Below, piece by piece: positions 9,873 to 19,387 of a DNA stretch of 64,000 nt. A program made the position numbers and the translations under genes. The notes under the pieces are model-generated. The model made no database searches and was not told the origin of the DNA. It was given only the letters and a program-made list of their open reading frames with translations. Location of the stretch: the IMG/VR virus record IMGVR_UViG_3300045007_000107, positions 37,702-101,701 of that record; one strand, given 5' to 3'. The stretch is from a virus. Position 1 is the first letter of the stretch, and each line of letters opens with the position of its first letter.

Positions 9873-10077
9873 CGGGATCGATCCCGAGGACGGCCGCTTG
9901 AACCGGGAGCATCTGGCCGACGAGATAGCGGACGTGCGCGCCCTGTGCGACCTTGCGTCGAACATGTTCTTCCCCGAGAAGGCGCAGCACATCCACGAGC
10001 GCAAGCTCGCCAAGTACGACCACAAGCAACGGTGGTTCGACAAGCTCGCCCGCTGGGTCATGGAACGCGTCCAGTAG
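9730..10077 (+). CDS. MazG-like nucleotide pyrophosphohydrolase
   Basis: KLAEEANEL ... LADEIADV acidic helical motifs. Confidence 0.65.
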   Translation: MSDHTKLEEPNLWIPEQNQVHLALLGKLAEEANELGGRAARCIIQGLDGIDPEDGRLNREHLADEIADVRALCDLASNMFFPEKAQHIHERKLAKYDHKQRWFDKLARWVMERVQ

Positions 10078-10139
10078 CGCGTTATCTGCTTGCAGCCGTC
10101 TGCACGTCTGCTACTCTCACTCAACGGAGCAAACGTGCG

Positions 10140-10961
10140 ATGATAAGCCTGCTAAACGCCGACTGTCGGGCGGTCCTGCCAAAGCTGCCCGATCAGTCCT
10201 TCGATATGATCTTTCTCGACCCTCCCTGGGGCGAAAGCAACCACGAATGGGACGTTCCCGTGGTAGGCTGGGGGCGGGAAATCCGCCGCCTACTCAAGCC
10301 CTCTGGCACGATATGGGTCATGACCAGCATGGGTCATTTCCTCCGGCACATGCACGCCGAGATCAATGCGGGCCTGTTTCGCTACGTGCAGGACGTAGTG
10401 ATCGAACACCCGAACGGTAATGGCCCGACCCTGCGGCCCGAGTTTCGCAAGGTGCATCATCACGCGATCCAGTTTCGGATGAACGGCCACTCACGCAACC
10501 TGCTCACGCAGAACCGCCCGAAGGACGGCGCGCGCATGGTGCGCAGTGTCCTTCCCAACCAAGACCCAAAGCGGCGCTGGCACCCCGCGCAGCAGCCTAT
10601 CAACGTCGTGTCTGAGCTTATCGCGCAGAGCACGAACCCCGGAGATTGTATCCTCGACCCGTTCGCTGGCAGCGCCACGTCCGCTATCGCCGCGTTCATC
10701 TTGGATCGTGATTGCGTGTGTATCGAAAAAAACTACCCGATATACACACAAGCCGAGGCTCGCCTTATCGAGGCGGGCGTCCCGTATAACACTCCCCTAG
10801 TCGTAGGATTGAACCGTGTCGAAGATCAAGCGCAGCGACCTCAACGAAATCCAGAGCCTCAACCAACAACTGGCGGACCTAGAGGCGCAATACCTGACCC
10901 TCCGCGAGTACAAAGAAACCGTGGCATTCGCGGTAGACTACGGTCCCAGCCTAAAGCCTGA
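10140..10961 (+). CDS. N4/N6 DNA methyltransferase (beta class)
   Basis: Motif IV FLDPPW precedes HPAQQP and motif I ILDPFAGS. Confidence 0.85.
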   Translation: MISLLNADCRAVLPKLPDQSFDMIFLDPPWGESNHEWDVPVVGWGREIRRLLKPSGTIWVMTSMGHFLRHMHAEINAGLFRYVQDVVIEHPNGNGPTLRPEFRKVHHHAIQFRMNGHSRNLLTQNRPKDGARMVRSVLPNQDPKRRWHPAQQPINVVSELIAQSTNPGDCILDPFAGSATSAIAAFILDRDCVCIEKNYPIYTQAEARLIEAGVPYNTPLVVGLNRVEDQAQRPQRNPEPQPTTGGPRGAIPDPPRVQRNRGIRGRLRSQPKA

Positions 10962-11169
10962 CCACGTAAAGAAGCCCCATTTTCCCCTGGAAATTCCGCA
11001 GGGATCGGTGGCGTACGGACTCGTCGTGCAGGGCTTCTGTGAGGCGGTTGCCGTGCGTATCAGCACCGTCGTGTACGCTCTGCAAAAGCTCAATGTCGAT
11101 ATCGATTACGATGCGCTCATGCGCGGGTTGAAGTCGGACATCGCGCCGCCCACTTCCGCCGACGACTAA
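10816..11169 (+). CDS. Hypothetical protein (overlaps the MTase 3' end)
   Basis: AGGA RBS plus GTG start; coiled-coil N-terminus. Confidence 0.55.
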   Translation: MSKIKRSDLNEIQSLNQQLADLEAQYLTLREYKETVAFAVDYGPSLKPDHVKKPHFPLEIPQGSVAYGLVVQGFCEAVAVRISTVVYALQKLNVDIDYDALMRGLKSDIAPPTSADD

Positions 11170-11217
11170 TACATGGTAGGCTCTTGCTTGCAGCCATCTG
11201 CAAACCAGGGGCCTACC

Positions 11218-11385
11218 ATGAACGACATCAAGACCAACTCCTGCGTTCGCCTCAAGGACTCCGAACGCAACATGCTGGTGCAGCGTGTGAGCGGGGATCG
11301 CGCCATCTGCTTCTGGTTCGAAGAGGGTGGCGACAATTTCCGCTCGGGCATCTTCCCGCTCAAAGAACTCACTGTGGTGGGGTAG
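11218..11385 (+). CDS. YodC/DUF2158-like small protein
   Basis: VRLKDS...MLV...AICFWF...F pattern. Confidence 0.55.
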   Translation: MNDIKTNSCVRLKDSERNMLVQRVSGDRAICFWFEEGGDNFRSGIFPLKELTVVG

Positions 11386-11389
11386 CGTC

Positions 11390-12167
11390 ATGGCGCAGCT
11401 TATCCAGCAGAGCGAAGAAGACGAAAACATGTACATCGCCGTGGAGCCCGGTCCTGACGTGACCGTGGGGATCGGCACCATCAAGGACATGGAGGGGCGC
11501 GAGCGCCCGTGCGTGACCATCGGCGATAACACCCTCGTCTTCGATCCGCAGGACGTGAAAGACTTCCTCCCCATCCTCATGCAGGCCCGTAGTGACGACA
11601 TGGGCTGCGAGGGCCAAGCCTAGGAGCGTTCTAGTGCCTAATCGCGAGACGCGAAACCCCACAGCCGTGTTGCAGGGTATCGTATCGGGTCGAATACCGG
11701 AGGGCGAGGAACGGCAGCGGGCGAAACTGGAACAGGCCATCCAGATTATCGAGGTTCTGACCTCCAACAATCGTAAGGTCACGATCTCCCCGGAAGATGC
11801 TGCCGATCTCATGAACTACCTGGGCGATCCCGACGCCTGGAAGCAGACCCTCCTTGTCGCGTTCAATATAGACTGACGCTTTATCGTAGCGGGTGCTGGC
11901 ACCATCCGCTACGATCTTAATGCTATACCTCTTGCAGACGGCTGCACGCACATGCCTATCCAGCGACGCTCAGCCTTCGTGGTCAAGCCTGCTCCCCGGT
12001 GGACCCATCGCGTCACCGCCAAACACTTCACCGCCCACTTCCAAGTCAGCGGCGGGGATAAGGTGATCGCCTCGGAGCCTGTGATCCACTGGACGATGGG
12101 GCAGCGCCTCGACCACATCCGCGAACTGTGCAATCAACGCGGCTATACCTTGGAGAAGGTCAACTAA
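11390..12167 (+). other. Three small hypothetical genes (11390-11623, 11592-11876, 11952-12167)
   Basis: ORF track and codon bias. Confidence 0.55.
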
Positions 12168-12397
12168 TGGATCGAGTGGAATTCCACCGAAGCCTGCGGG
12201 CACTCGGCTGGTCGCAGCGCGAGCTAGGTCGCAAACTCGGGGCTTGCGAGAAACGCATAACGGGATGGGCGAACAACAGGCAGCCGATCCCGAGAGATGT
12301 AGCCGATTGGCTACGTGGTCTTGTGGCAGCCCATGCGGCGTTGCCGCCCCCGGATACGTATCAAGTAAAGCCGGTTACTCGGAAGGCCGCAGCATGA
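12167..12397 (+). CDS. XRE/Cro-like HTH protein
   Basis: LRALGWSQRELGRKLGACEKRITGWANNRQPIP. Confidence 0.8.
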   Translation: MDRVEFHRSLRALGWSQRELGRKLGACEKRITGWANNRQPIPRDVADWLRGLVAAHAALPPPDTYQVKPVTRKAAA

Positions 12398-12837
12398 ACG
12401 TCGTCGGCGCGGGCGCACGTGACTACACGAAAGAGGTAGTCGTCTACACCGTCCTCAACTGGCTCGATGTAGCCTACGGCATCGACCGGATATCGGAGGG
12501 CAAGCAACACGGGGCGGATGCGCTGATCCGCCAGTGGCGTGAGCACCACGAGCGTCCCGGTCAGAGCTATGAAGCGTTTTGGACTCGGCTCAAGCGCGGG
12601 GCTGGTCCCGAACGCAATGCGCGGATGGTCAAGGCAGAGCAACCGGATCTATGGATCGGTTTCGAGGGCGGGAGCGGTACCGGCAACTGTATGTCGGAGG
12701 CTCTTAAGCTACCTCACTGCCGCTGTATCCACGTCGCGTCGGCCGAGATACTGCGTGACAGGATCGATCTCACCGTCACGTTCAGCCGACATGGGATGCT
12801 GCCCAAGATCACGGCTCTATCTCTGCTTCTGGTATAA
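12394..12837 (+). CDS. SLOG-family (DUF2493/YspA-like) protein
   Basis: GARDY, HGADAL, AGPERNARM, FEGGSGTGN motifs. Confidence 0.75.
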   Translation: MNVVGAGARDYTKEVVVYTVLNWLDVAYGIDRISEGKQHGADALIRQWREHHERPGQSYEAFWTRLKRGAGPERNARMVKAEQPDLWIGFEGGSGTGNCMSEALKLPHCRCIHVASAEILRDRIDLTVTFSRHGMLPKITALSLLLV

Positions 12838-12864
12838 GAAAAGGGGGCCTCGCGGCCCCCTCTC
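12838..12864. terminator. Terminator between convergent genes
   Basis: AAAAGGGGGCC-TCGC-GGCCCCCT hairpin; U-tract on the minus strand. Confidence 0.7.
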
Positions 12865-12888
12865 CGTTCTTGCAGCCGTCTGCACGTA

Positions 12889-13638
12889 TCAGCCGTAGAG
12901 GCTCTCGTCGTGAACGTCGCCCGCACCTTCCAGCAGCTTGTAGCCGTTCGCGGTGCGCTCGGCCTTCGGCGCCCGATCCGCCGAATGGTTCTGCCAGTAT
13001 TCCTTCGACAGGCCCCGGCGGACCATCGTGCCGTCCACGAGGGACTTGAGATGGGTGCGGCGGTAATACTTGTCGTCGGTGTTCGGGTTGTGCAGGAAGC
13101 CGGCGAGGAACTGGTCGCCGACCTTCACCGCCTTCACGCCGTCGCGGCTCTCGACCAGCAGAAGGCCCTCGGTCGGGCCGGTGCGGGGATCGACCTCGTG
13201 ACCCTCGCCGATGGCGGCCTGGACGCCTCGCTTGTGAAGTTCCTGGGTCGCCGCCGCGTCATCGAGGTTCACGGCGTTCTTGCCGCCGTTGGTCGGATCG
13301 GTCGTCGTGTTCAGGATGTACTCGTTGTTGAGCGACGCCTTGTCCGCGTTCTCCACCTCGTCGCCGGTCTCGCGGGTCTCGTGGGAAACCGAACGACCGG
13401 TGTGGGGGTCGCCTTCGAGGTGCGTGCCGGCCGAGTCCTCGACCTTCTTCGTGTCGCCCTCGGCGGACTCGCCCTGGGAGTTGCGCTGCTCGGTCTCGGA
13501 GGTCTGCGCCTCTTGCGCCTGCTTGTTCTCCTCGGTACGGTCGGGAGCGTCGGCCGGCTTCTCGGTCGTGGGCGCCGGGGCAGTCGCGGTGGTGGTCGCA
13601 CCCGGCTTCGGGCCGGGGATCGTGGGTGTGCGGGCCAT
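12889..13638 (-). CDS. Acidic/disordered hypothetical protein; the only clear minus-strand gene
   Basis: GGAGA RBS, very strong GC3 bias, own terminator. Confidence 0.8.
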   Translation of the reverse strand: MARTPTIPGPKPGATTTATAPAPTTEKPADAPDRTEENKQAQEAQTSETEQRNSQGESAEGDTKKVEDSAGTHLEGDPHTGRSVSHETRETGDEVENADKASLNNEYILNTTTDPTNGGKNAVNLDDAAATQELHKRGVQAAIGEGHEVDPRTGPTEGLLLVESRDGVKAVKVGDQFLAGFLHNPNTDDKYYRRTHLKSLVDGTMVRRGLSKEYWQNHSADRAPKAERTANGYKLLEGAGDVHDESLYG

Positions 13639-14018
13639 GCTTGTGTCTCCTGACATCGCGGATGCGAGGCCAGTATGATAGTCCTGCCTACATGCGTACG
13701 CAATGGGTTCTATTTTTTAGCAGGAGTGTATGCCGTGTCGAGAGCTAAGTCGAAGCCTGCCAAGCCCCAGGTCTGCACCGATGTGCGCGAATGCGCCGAG
13801 GAAGTGTTCCGTCAACTCAGTACACCGGGCTACGGGATCGACAGTATCCGCTACCCGGACGCCCTTCGCTCTAAGGCTAAAGCCTTACTGGTACACGAGG
13901 GACGCATCCGCTATTGCTTTGCCAGAGGGCACCACGTTCCGTACGATGCGCCGCATTATGGGGCACAAAGTAGTGCCGGATCGGCCCCGAGAGGACGCAG
14001 ATCATTCGGACAAAGAGC

Positions 14019-14110
14019 TTGATCCGACAAACAATCTCGCATATACTATGTCAGCCTTGCAGCCGTCTGCATGTTCAAAGGTTGACAGATGCATTACTCG
14101 ACCATATCTT
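14019..14110 (+). promoter_or_regulatory. Tandem sigma70-like promoters flanking a 16-bp motif copy
   Basis: TTGATC-N17-TATACT (14019-14047); motif at 14057-14072; TTGACA-N17-TATCTT (14082-14110). Confidence 0.65.
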
Positions 14111-14206
14111 ATTCTGACCGCGAGCGACGCGCGGTTTCATCGGCCATGGTGATAGAGCAGGCTGGTTGGGTTAGTAGCCCGGCCAGCCTGTTTGCGTGAG
14201 GTGACC

Positions 14207-14708
14207 ATGCTCGACATCGGAACCTATAGACGCTACCGTGCCGTGGCAGAAAACGGCGTCGCGCACGCCCTGAGCCTGGACATCCTGAGCGAGAACGAAG
14301 AGACGTTCCTGCACAGTATGCAAACGAAATTCCAGCAGTATCGCCGCAACACCTTTCTGTCCCCGAAACAGATCGAGTGGCTCGACCAGATCGAGAGCAA
14401 GTTGCAGGACGAACTCGGCAGCGTCTACGAAGAGTATCAGGGGGAGTAGCATGAGCATTCTACGCCGCGTTCCCGAGGTGGACCGAGAGATCGCCAACCA
14501 TCTCAAGCAGATCGACATCAACGGCTGGCCCAAGAACTACGAGACGGCCAAGCGCTTTGAGCGCTACATCAACTACGGTTGGGTGTCGAAGGGCGGCACG
14601 CTCACGCAGTTGGGCGAGCAAGCCATGAACTCCTACTTCGATCAGGCCGCCAAGGATCGTATGGACGACAGTCCGTACAATCGCGTGCAGCCGTCTGCAC
14701 GGGGCTGA
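14207..14708 (+). other. Two small hypothetical genes (14207-14449, 14451-14708)
   Basis: GAGGTG and GGGGAG RBS sequences. Confidence 0.65.
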
Positions 14709-14709
14709 C

Positions 14710-15093
14710 ATGCCTATCCGGTACGAGAAGCACTATACTCGCGGCTTGTGCCGGCGCTACCCCACACACCTGTTTGTGTTCGGTGACAACCTCGCCGGAT
14801 GGGGGCGCAAGGGACAAGCCTGTATACGTGACGAACCGAACGCTGTAGGCATACCGACCAAGAAGCGCCCGAGCATGGACGATGACGCGTTCTTCGCCAA
14901 CGGCGATGCGCAAATGTTCGTCAATGCAGTCAACCCGCCGCTGCGGCGGCTGCGGGCGCACCTTAAAAAGGGCGGCTTTGTCGTTCTACCGACTGACGGC
15001 ATCGGTACGGGTCTCGCGGAGTTGAACGTCCGCGCGCCGGTCATTCGTCGGCTTATCGATCTAGTCGTAGAGGATCTCTCTGCTACCGGGTAG
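14710..15093 (+). CDS. Macro-domain-like phage protein
   Basis: LFVFGDNL...GQA...AVGIPTK...PTDGIGTGLA; the Gly loop resembles the macrodomain ADP-ribose-binding loop. Confidence 0.55.
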   Translation: MPIRYEKHYTRGLCRRYPTHLFVFGDNLAGWGRKGQACIRDEPNAVGIPTKKRPSMDDDAFFANGDAQMFVNAVNPPLRRLRAHLKKGGFVVLPTDGIGTGLAELNVRAPVIRRLIDLVVEDLSATG

Positions 15094-15161
15094 GTAATCC
15101 GTTTGCGCATACACCCCGTTGGTTTTCCGTGCTATCAACGGGGGATCAACGGGGTTTTCTT

Positions 15162-15722
15162 ATGCCTAAAGCCAAGACCACCACCACGCGCAATCCTCGC
15201 ATCGCCAAGGGCCGGCACCCGATGCTCAAGGATGGGTCGCTCGCCCATCGCATCTTTGTGCAACTCAAGATGATAGACGAGCCGGTGCAGACCCCGGAGC
15301 TTGCGCGCGTGCTGATCGAGCCGCACGGCACAGTCGCGTCGATGCTCGGCAAGATGCGACAAGAGGGTCTCGTCCGACTGGCGCAGATCGTGCGAGACTA
15401 TCCCGATGGCCCCGAGATCGAGTCGGGCTGGGTGGCGAATAAGCCGGCCGAACAGGGCGTGCGTCGTGACCGTATCGAGGTTGAAACCATCGTTTACGTC
15501 AACGAGGATGGTGAGTACAGTGTTCGATCACGTGTCGTCGGCGGCCTCCCCACCATGCATGATGGTCACCCTCTCCCGGTGCATGTCGTACGGCAGATAG
15601 TGTCGGTTCCAAAGCATGAGGAAATGGGCCGCAAGCGGGTCAATCCACTCGTGCTCGCAGGCACTAAAAAACTCGATCCAATTGTCATCGACGGTGAATT
15701 AGCCGACACTACGCCGAGGTAG
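15162..15722 (+). CDS. Winged-helix DNA-binding protein
   Basis: PVQTPELARVLIEPHGTVASMLGKMRQEGLV. Confidence 0.6.
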   Translation: MPKAKTTTTRNPRIAKGRHPMLKDGSLAHRIFVQLKMIDEPVQTPELARVLIEPHGTVASMLGKMRQEGLVRLAQIVRDYPDGPEIESGWVANKPAEQGVRRDRIEVETIVYVNEDGEYSVRSRVVGGLPTMHDGHPLPVHVVRQIVSVPKHEEMGRKRVNPLVLAGTKKLDPIVIDGELADTTPR

Positions 15723-15740
15723 GCCACCGGCGAGAGTGAG

Positions 15741-16109
15741 ATGCGTTACGCGGTTTTCGGGCCGTCGTTCGTGCAAGACAAACTGTATGATCGCTACGAC
15801 CACGTAGCTGCTTCCCTGTCTCTGCTGCCGAACGTCGAGGAACTTGTGCTAGGCGGCGGTAAGGGCGTGGAAACCCTTGCCGACACCTGGGCGAAAGAGA
15901 ACAACATCCCCGTCCACCACATCCCGCCGCTCAACCGAGATTGGCGCAACAGGATCGGACAGGAGCAGGTATTCATCCTCCGCAACAACAAGATCATCGA
16001 GCGCATGGACGCCATGGTTCTTTTTTGGGATGGGTACTTCGCGGAACACCTCCACTTGCAGATGTCTGCAATCAATAAGCGGAAAATGTGCGTAGTCTTT
16101 CCGCTCTAG
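15741..16109 (+). CDS. Second SLOG-family (DUF2493/YspA-like) protein
   Basis: LVLGGGKGVETLADTWAKENNIP...RNNKII...AMVLFWDG. Confidence 0.7.
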   Translation: MRYAVFGPSFVQDKLYDRYDHVAASLSLLPNVEELVLGGGKGVETLADTWAKENNIPVHHIPPLNRDWRNRIGQEQVFILRNNKIIERMDAMVLFWDGYFAEHLHLQMSAINKRKMCVVFPL

Positions 16110-16142
16110 CTCGGGTACACTGGCGCCACCTAATGTCTTACG

Positions 16143-17774
16143 GTGAAGTCTATGCCCGAGCAGTACCGGCCCCGTCTCCGCATTCTGATTGACCCCGTCT
16201 ACGTGCAGATCAGCAATCTGTCGGGGTCGTCCACCTACCGCAAGTACGTCACTCTTGTCCGTGAGCTAGTCGCTCGCGGTCATTATTGTTTTTGGTGTGT
16301 CCCCGACGCCGAAGGTTACGTGCCCGATGAGATCGAGAACCATCCTAACGTTGGCATTATTCGCACTGGCGTTATCCAAGACCAGTTCGTGGTCGATGGA
16401 CTCGTCACGGATGACTTCTTCAACCTCTTCAACCGGGTCGCGGGCAAGTACCACATCGACGTTCTTTGCACATCCAGAAACAGCCTTGCAGCCTATTATA
16501 AACGACTGTTGGAGCCGCCCCGGTTCCACGACAATCGTGGTGACTATACCGACAAGGGATACGGCGTCCCGACTGTTCTCATCGAAGAGTTTCCTCAGAC
16601 CCGAGAGCGACAGAATTCGGGTGAGGCTTACTGGCTTATGCAAACTCTAGGGTACATCGCCAGCGACAAGACGGTGTTCCTGTCCGGCCACAACCGTTCG
16701 GAAGTGGTCAAAGAGATGGCGGACTATATCGTCACCTCCAAGGTCAAGAGGTTCATCGATGAGCAAGCGCGTGTCATCCCCGCCGGCATCGAATGTGATC
16801 AGCTTGACACGATCTACGACCCGAACCGCTGGCAGCACGAAGAAGGCTTTCGGGTGGTCTCTATTGGCCGCATTTTTGGCGTCTCTTATTCTGAATACGT
16901 GCCTTGGTTTGATTATCTGTTCAAGAGTGGACTGTCTGACGCGCAGCTTACCGTCTCGCTCTCTGGCGCCCTTGGTGGCCCCATGCGGAACAAGCTCAAG
17001 AAACTAGGGTTCGACTTCGGCAACGTGGGCCGGCAGTACCGCATCCTCGAAAATAACAACCGGGCAAACTTCATCCGACAGCTTCGGGGGTATCACGCCT
17101 TCGTCTGCCCGCTAAGTCACCTCGACCATCCTACGGGGCTTTTCGAAGCCATTTACATGGGCCTCCCCGGCGTCATGCCGGTCTCGGACTATCAGCGTAC
17201 GTTCTTCCATGACTGGCCCTGGGTTATCGAGCCCAAGGATAAGGCGCGTTTGCTCGCGCATCTTCGCTGGATCAGGGAGAACAAAGCCGAAGCGCGCGAG
17301 ATGGTCCTACCGTGGCGCCAGCGTATCCGTGAGCAGTACAACGCGAAAGATCGGATTGGCGAACTCTGCGACGTGATCGAGGGGGCGGGTCGTGCTCACA
17401 TCAACCGCTTTAAGACTTCTTCCGCTGTTCTTAAATTCTGCCGCGAACTTAAGGGCGTTAGTTACAGCTTTGCGGACGTTGTCGCGTTCCTCAAGGAACA
17501 GGGCTACATGGGGATCAGTATCGGCGATATGTCGATACGCACGACGTTCACCTACGCACGCGGGGCTGTGCATCACGCCATGGGTATGGCTGGATACGTT
17601 GATGCTTGTAACGGCCCTGATGATCTGTTCGTGCGCCGAGACGTGTTCGACCGGGATTACCTCCCTGCGCCGATTGCTCCGCTCCCGCTAACGCAGGAAG
17701 AGAAAATCGATATCCCCTTGCAGACGGCTGCAAAGCCCGGTCTGCGCCGCTTCACCCCCACGAGGAAAGCCTAA
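16143..17774 (+). CDS. GT-B fold glycosyltransferase-like protein
   Basis: VIPAGIE, then AFVCPLSHLDHPTGLFEAIYMGLPGVM resembling the GT4 donor-binding motif. Confidence 0.65.
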   Translation: MKSMPEQYRPRLRILIDPVYVQISNLSGSSTYRKYVTLVRELVARGHYCFWCVPDAEGYVPDEIENHPNVGIIRTGVIQDQFVVDGLVTDDFFNLFNRVAGKYHIDVLCTSRNSLAAYYKRLLEPPRFHDNRGDYTDKGYGVPTVLIEEFPQTRERQNSGEAYWLMQTLGYIASDKTVFLSGHNRSEVVKEMADYIVTSKVKRFIDEQARVIPAGIECDQLDTIYDPNRWQHEEGFRVVSIGRIFGVSYSEYVPWFDYLFKSGLSDAQLTVSLSGALGGPMRNKLKKLGFDFGNVGRQYRILENNNRANFIRQLRGYHAFVCPLSHLDHPTGLFEAIYMGLPGVMPVSDYQRTFFHDWPWVIEPKDKARLLAHLRWIRENKAEAREMVLPWRQRIREQYNAKDRIGELCDVIEGAGRAHINRFKTSSAVLKFCRELKGVSYSFADVVAFLKEQGYMGISIGDMSIRTTFTYARGAVHHAMGMAGYVDACNGPDDLFVRRDVFDRDYLPAPIAPLPLTQEEKIDIPLQTAAKPGLRRFTPTRKA

Positions 17775-17917
17775 TGTCCCCTGACGATCTCAACGACGTA
17801 CTGTCGGCCTACCGCGAAGCCCTGCTAGAGCACGGGCCGGACATGGGGATCAAGCCGAAGTACGTTGAAACCCTCGTGGCGCAACTCGGCGCCCGCATCC
17901 TGGGAGCACTCAAGTAA
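17774..17917 (+). CDS. 47-aa hypothetical protein
   Basis: TAATG coupling at both ends. Confidence 0.6.
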   Translation: MSPDDLNDVLSAYREALLEHGPDMGIKPKYVETLVAQLGARILGALK

Positions 17918-18780
17918 TGGCCCTCGCTAAGAAGCTTCCTCCGAAGGTCGCGCCGAAGAAGCCGGCTCCGCTCAAGCGTTCGACCCTGGAAATTTTCGAC
18001 ATTCCGGTCGATGATCTGGTCGGCCACGAGGACAACCCGAACGAGCAGGACGAAGCAACCTTCGACCAGCTTGTCGAGGGCATCCGCGCGGACGGGTTCG
18101 ATGAGCCGATCCAAGTCGTTCCTATCGAGGGCGGCACGCACGCCGGCAAGTGGCAGATCTTCTCGGGTCACCACCGCGCCAAGGCTGCGAAAGTCCTCGG
18201 CCTCAAGGTCATCCCCGCTGTCGTCAAGAAGGGCTGGAACGAGGACAAGGTCAAGATCGAACTCGTGCGCCGGAACCGGCTGCGCGGCAACCTCAATTCC
18301 GAGAAGTTCACGAAGCTCTACAACGAACTCAAGACGCGTGGCTGGGACGAGTCCATGCTCAAGTTGCAGATGGGCTTCACAAAAGAGGACGCGTTCAAGA
18401 AGGTCTACAAGTCCATCGAAAAGGCGATGACGCCCTCGCAAAAGAAAAAGCTCGAAGAGAGCAAGGAGAGCATCAAGTCGGTGGACGGCCTTTCGTCCGT
18501 GCTCAACGACATCTTCAAGAACCATGGCTCCGACCTCGACCACGGCTTTGTCGTGTTCAACTTCGGGGGCAAGGAGATCCACTACATCGAGACCGACACC
18601 TCGCTCAACAAGCAGGTCAAAGCGCTCGAAGAGGAGTGCCGCAACAAGGGCATCACCCTGGCGGACGCCTTCAAGCACCTGCTGAACCGCCCGAACTTGA
18701 GCGGCGTGAAGAAGTCCGGTACAGTCCAAGCTCCCGCGAAGGTGAAGCCCAATGCTAAGACATCGTCGGCCGCTGCGTAA
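17917..18780 (+). CDS. ParB/Srx N-terminal domain protein
   Basis: NPNEQ...LVEGIRADGFDEPIQV...IFSGHHRAKAAKVLG...IPAVV. Confidence 0.85.
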   Translation: MALAKKLPPKVAPKKPAPLKRSTLEIFDIPVDDLVGHEDNPNEQDEATFDQLVEGIRADGFDEPIQVVPIEGGTHAGKWQIFSGHHRAKAAKVLGLKVIPAVVKKGWNEDKVKIELVRRNRLRGNLNSEKFTKLYNELKTRGWDESMLKLQMGFTKEDAFKKVYKSIEKAMTPSQKKKLEESKESIKSVDGLSSVLNDIFKNHGSDLDHGFVVFNFGGKEIHYIETDTSLNKQVKALEEECRNKGITLADAFKHLLNRPNLSGVKKSGTVQAPAKVKPNAKTSSAAA

Positions 18781-19387
18781 GCTCAGCATCTCCAAGGACA
18801 TTCGCTCCCCCTCCGAACGGCAGCGGGACGCGCAAGAACGGTACATGGTGAAGCTCGTTGTCGAGAACCCCAAGTACCAGCTTGCGCTCGCGACGCTCAA
18901 GGAGGGGGTGCCGATCATCCAGATTGCCTCCCACTTCGCGGACAATGCCTGGATCACAGTCAACGAGCGCACGTTCGCGGAGGCCCTGCGGACGTATCGT
19001 CGCCTGCACCAAGACCACATCGACAACTTCCAGCCTGACAGCATCGACAAGTACGTGGATGCGAACAGCCCGAACATCGATGTCGAGAGCGCCCTCTCTC
19101 AGATGCTCCGTCTACAGAAGGAGCGCATCGCCATCGACTACCGTCACGAAAAAGAGATGGGAAAGCTGTTCGACACCACGCACCGCGAGATCAAGACGTT
19201 CGGCGAGATCGCAGAACTCATGCTCAAGACGCAGGGCAAGGTCAGCGGGACCGGCGGACCTGTGCGGCGTTCGGGCGAGGCAACTCCGCAGGACGTGAAC
19301 GACAACCTCGCCCTGATCAAGAAGGATCAGAACACGCAGGATCGTCTTCACGGCCTCACGCGACAATTGGTTGAGGCCAAGTCATGA
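18752..19387 (+). CDS. Putative terminase small subunit
   Basis: Helical protein with HTH-like N-terminal half, coupled directly to TerL. Confidence 0.5.
   Translation: MLRHRRPLRKLSISKDIRSPSERQRDAQERYMVKLVVENPKYQLALATLKEGVPIIQIASHFADNAWITVNERTFAEALRTYRRLHQDHIDNFQPDSIDKYVDANSPNIDVESALSQMLRLQKERIAIDYRHEKEMGKLFDTTHREIKTFGEIAELMLKTQGKVSGTGGPVRRSGEATPQDVNDNLALIKKDQNTQDRLHGLTRQLVEAKS

Noticed and set aside
12910-13653. Plus-strand 247-aa ORF
   Set aside because: Shadow of the minus-strand gene, which has the RBS, terminator and codon bias
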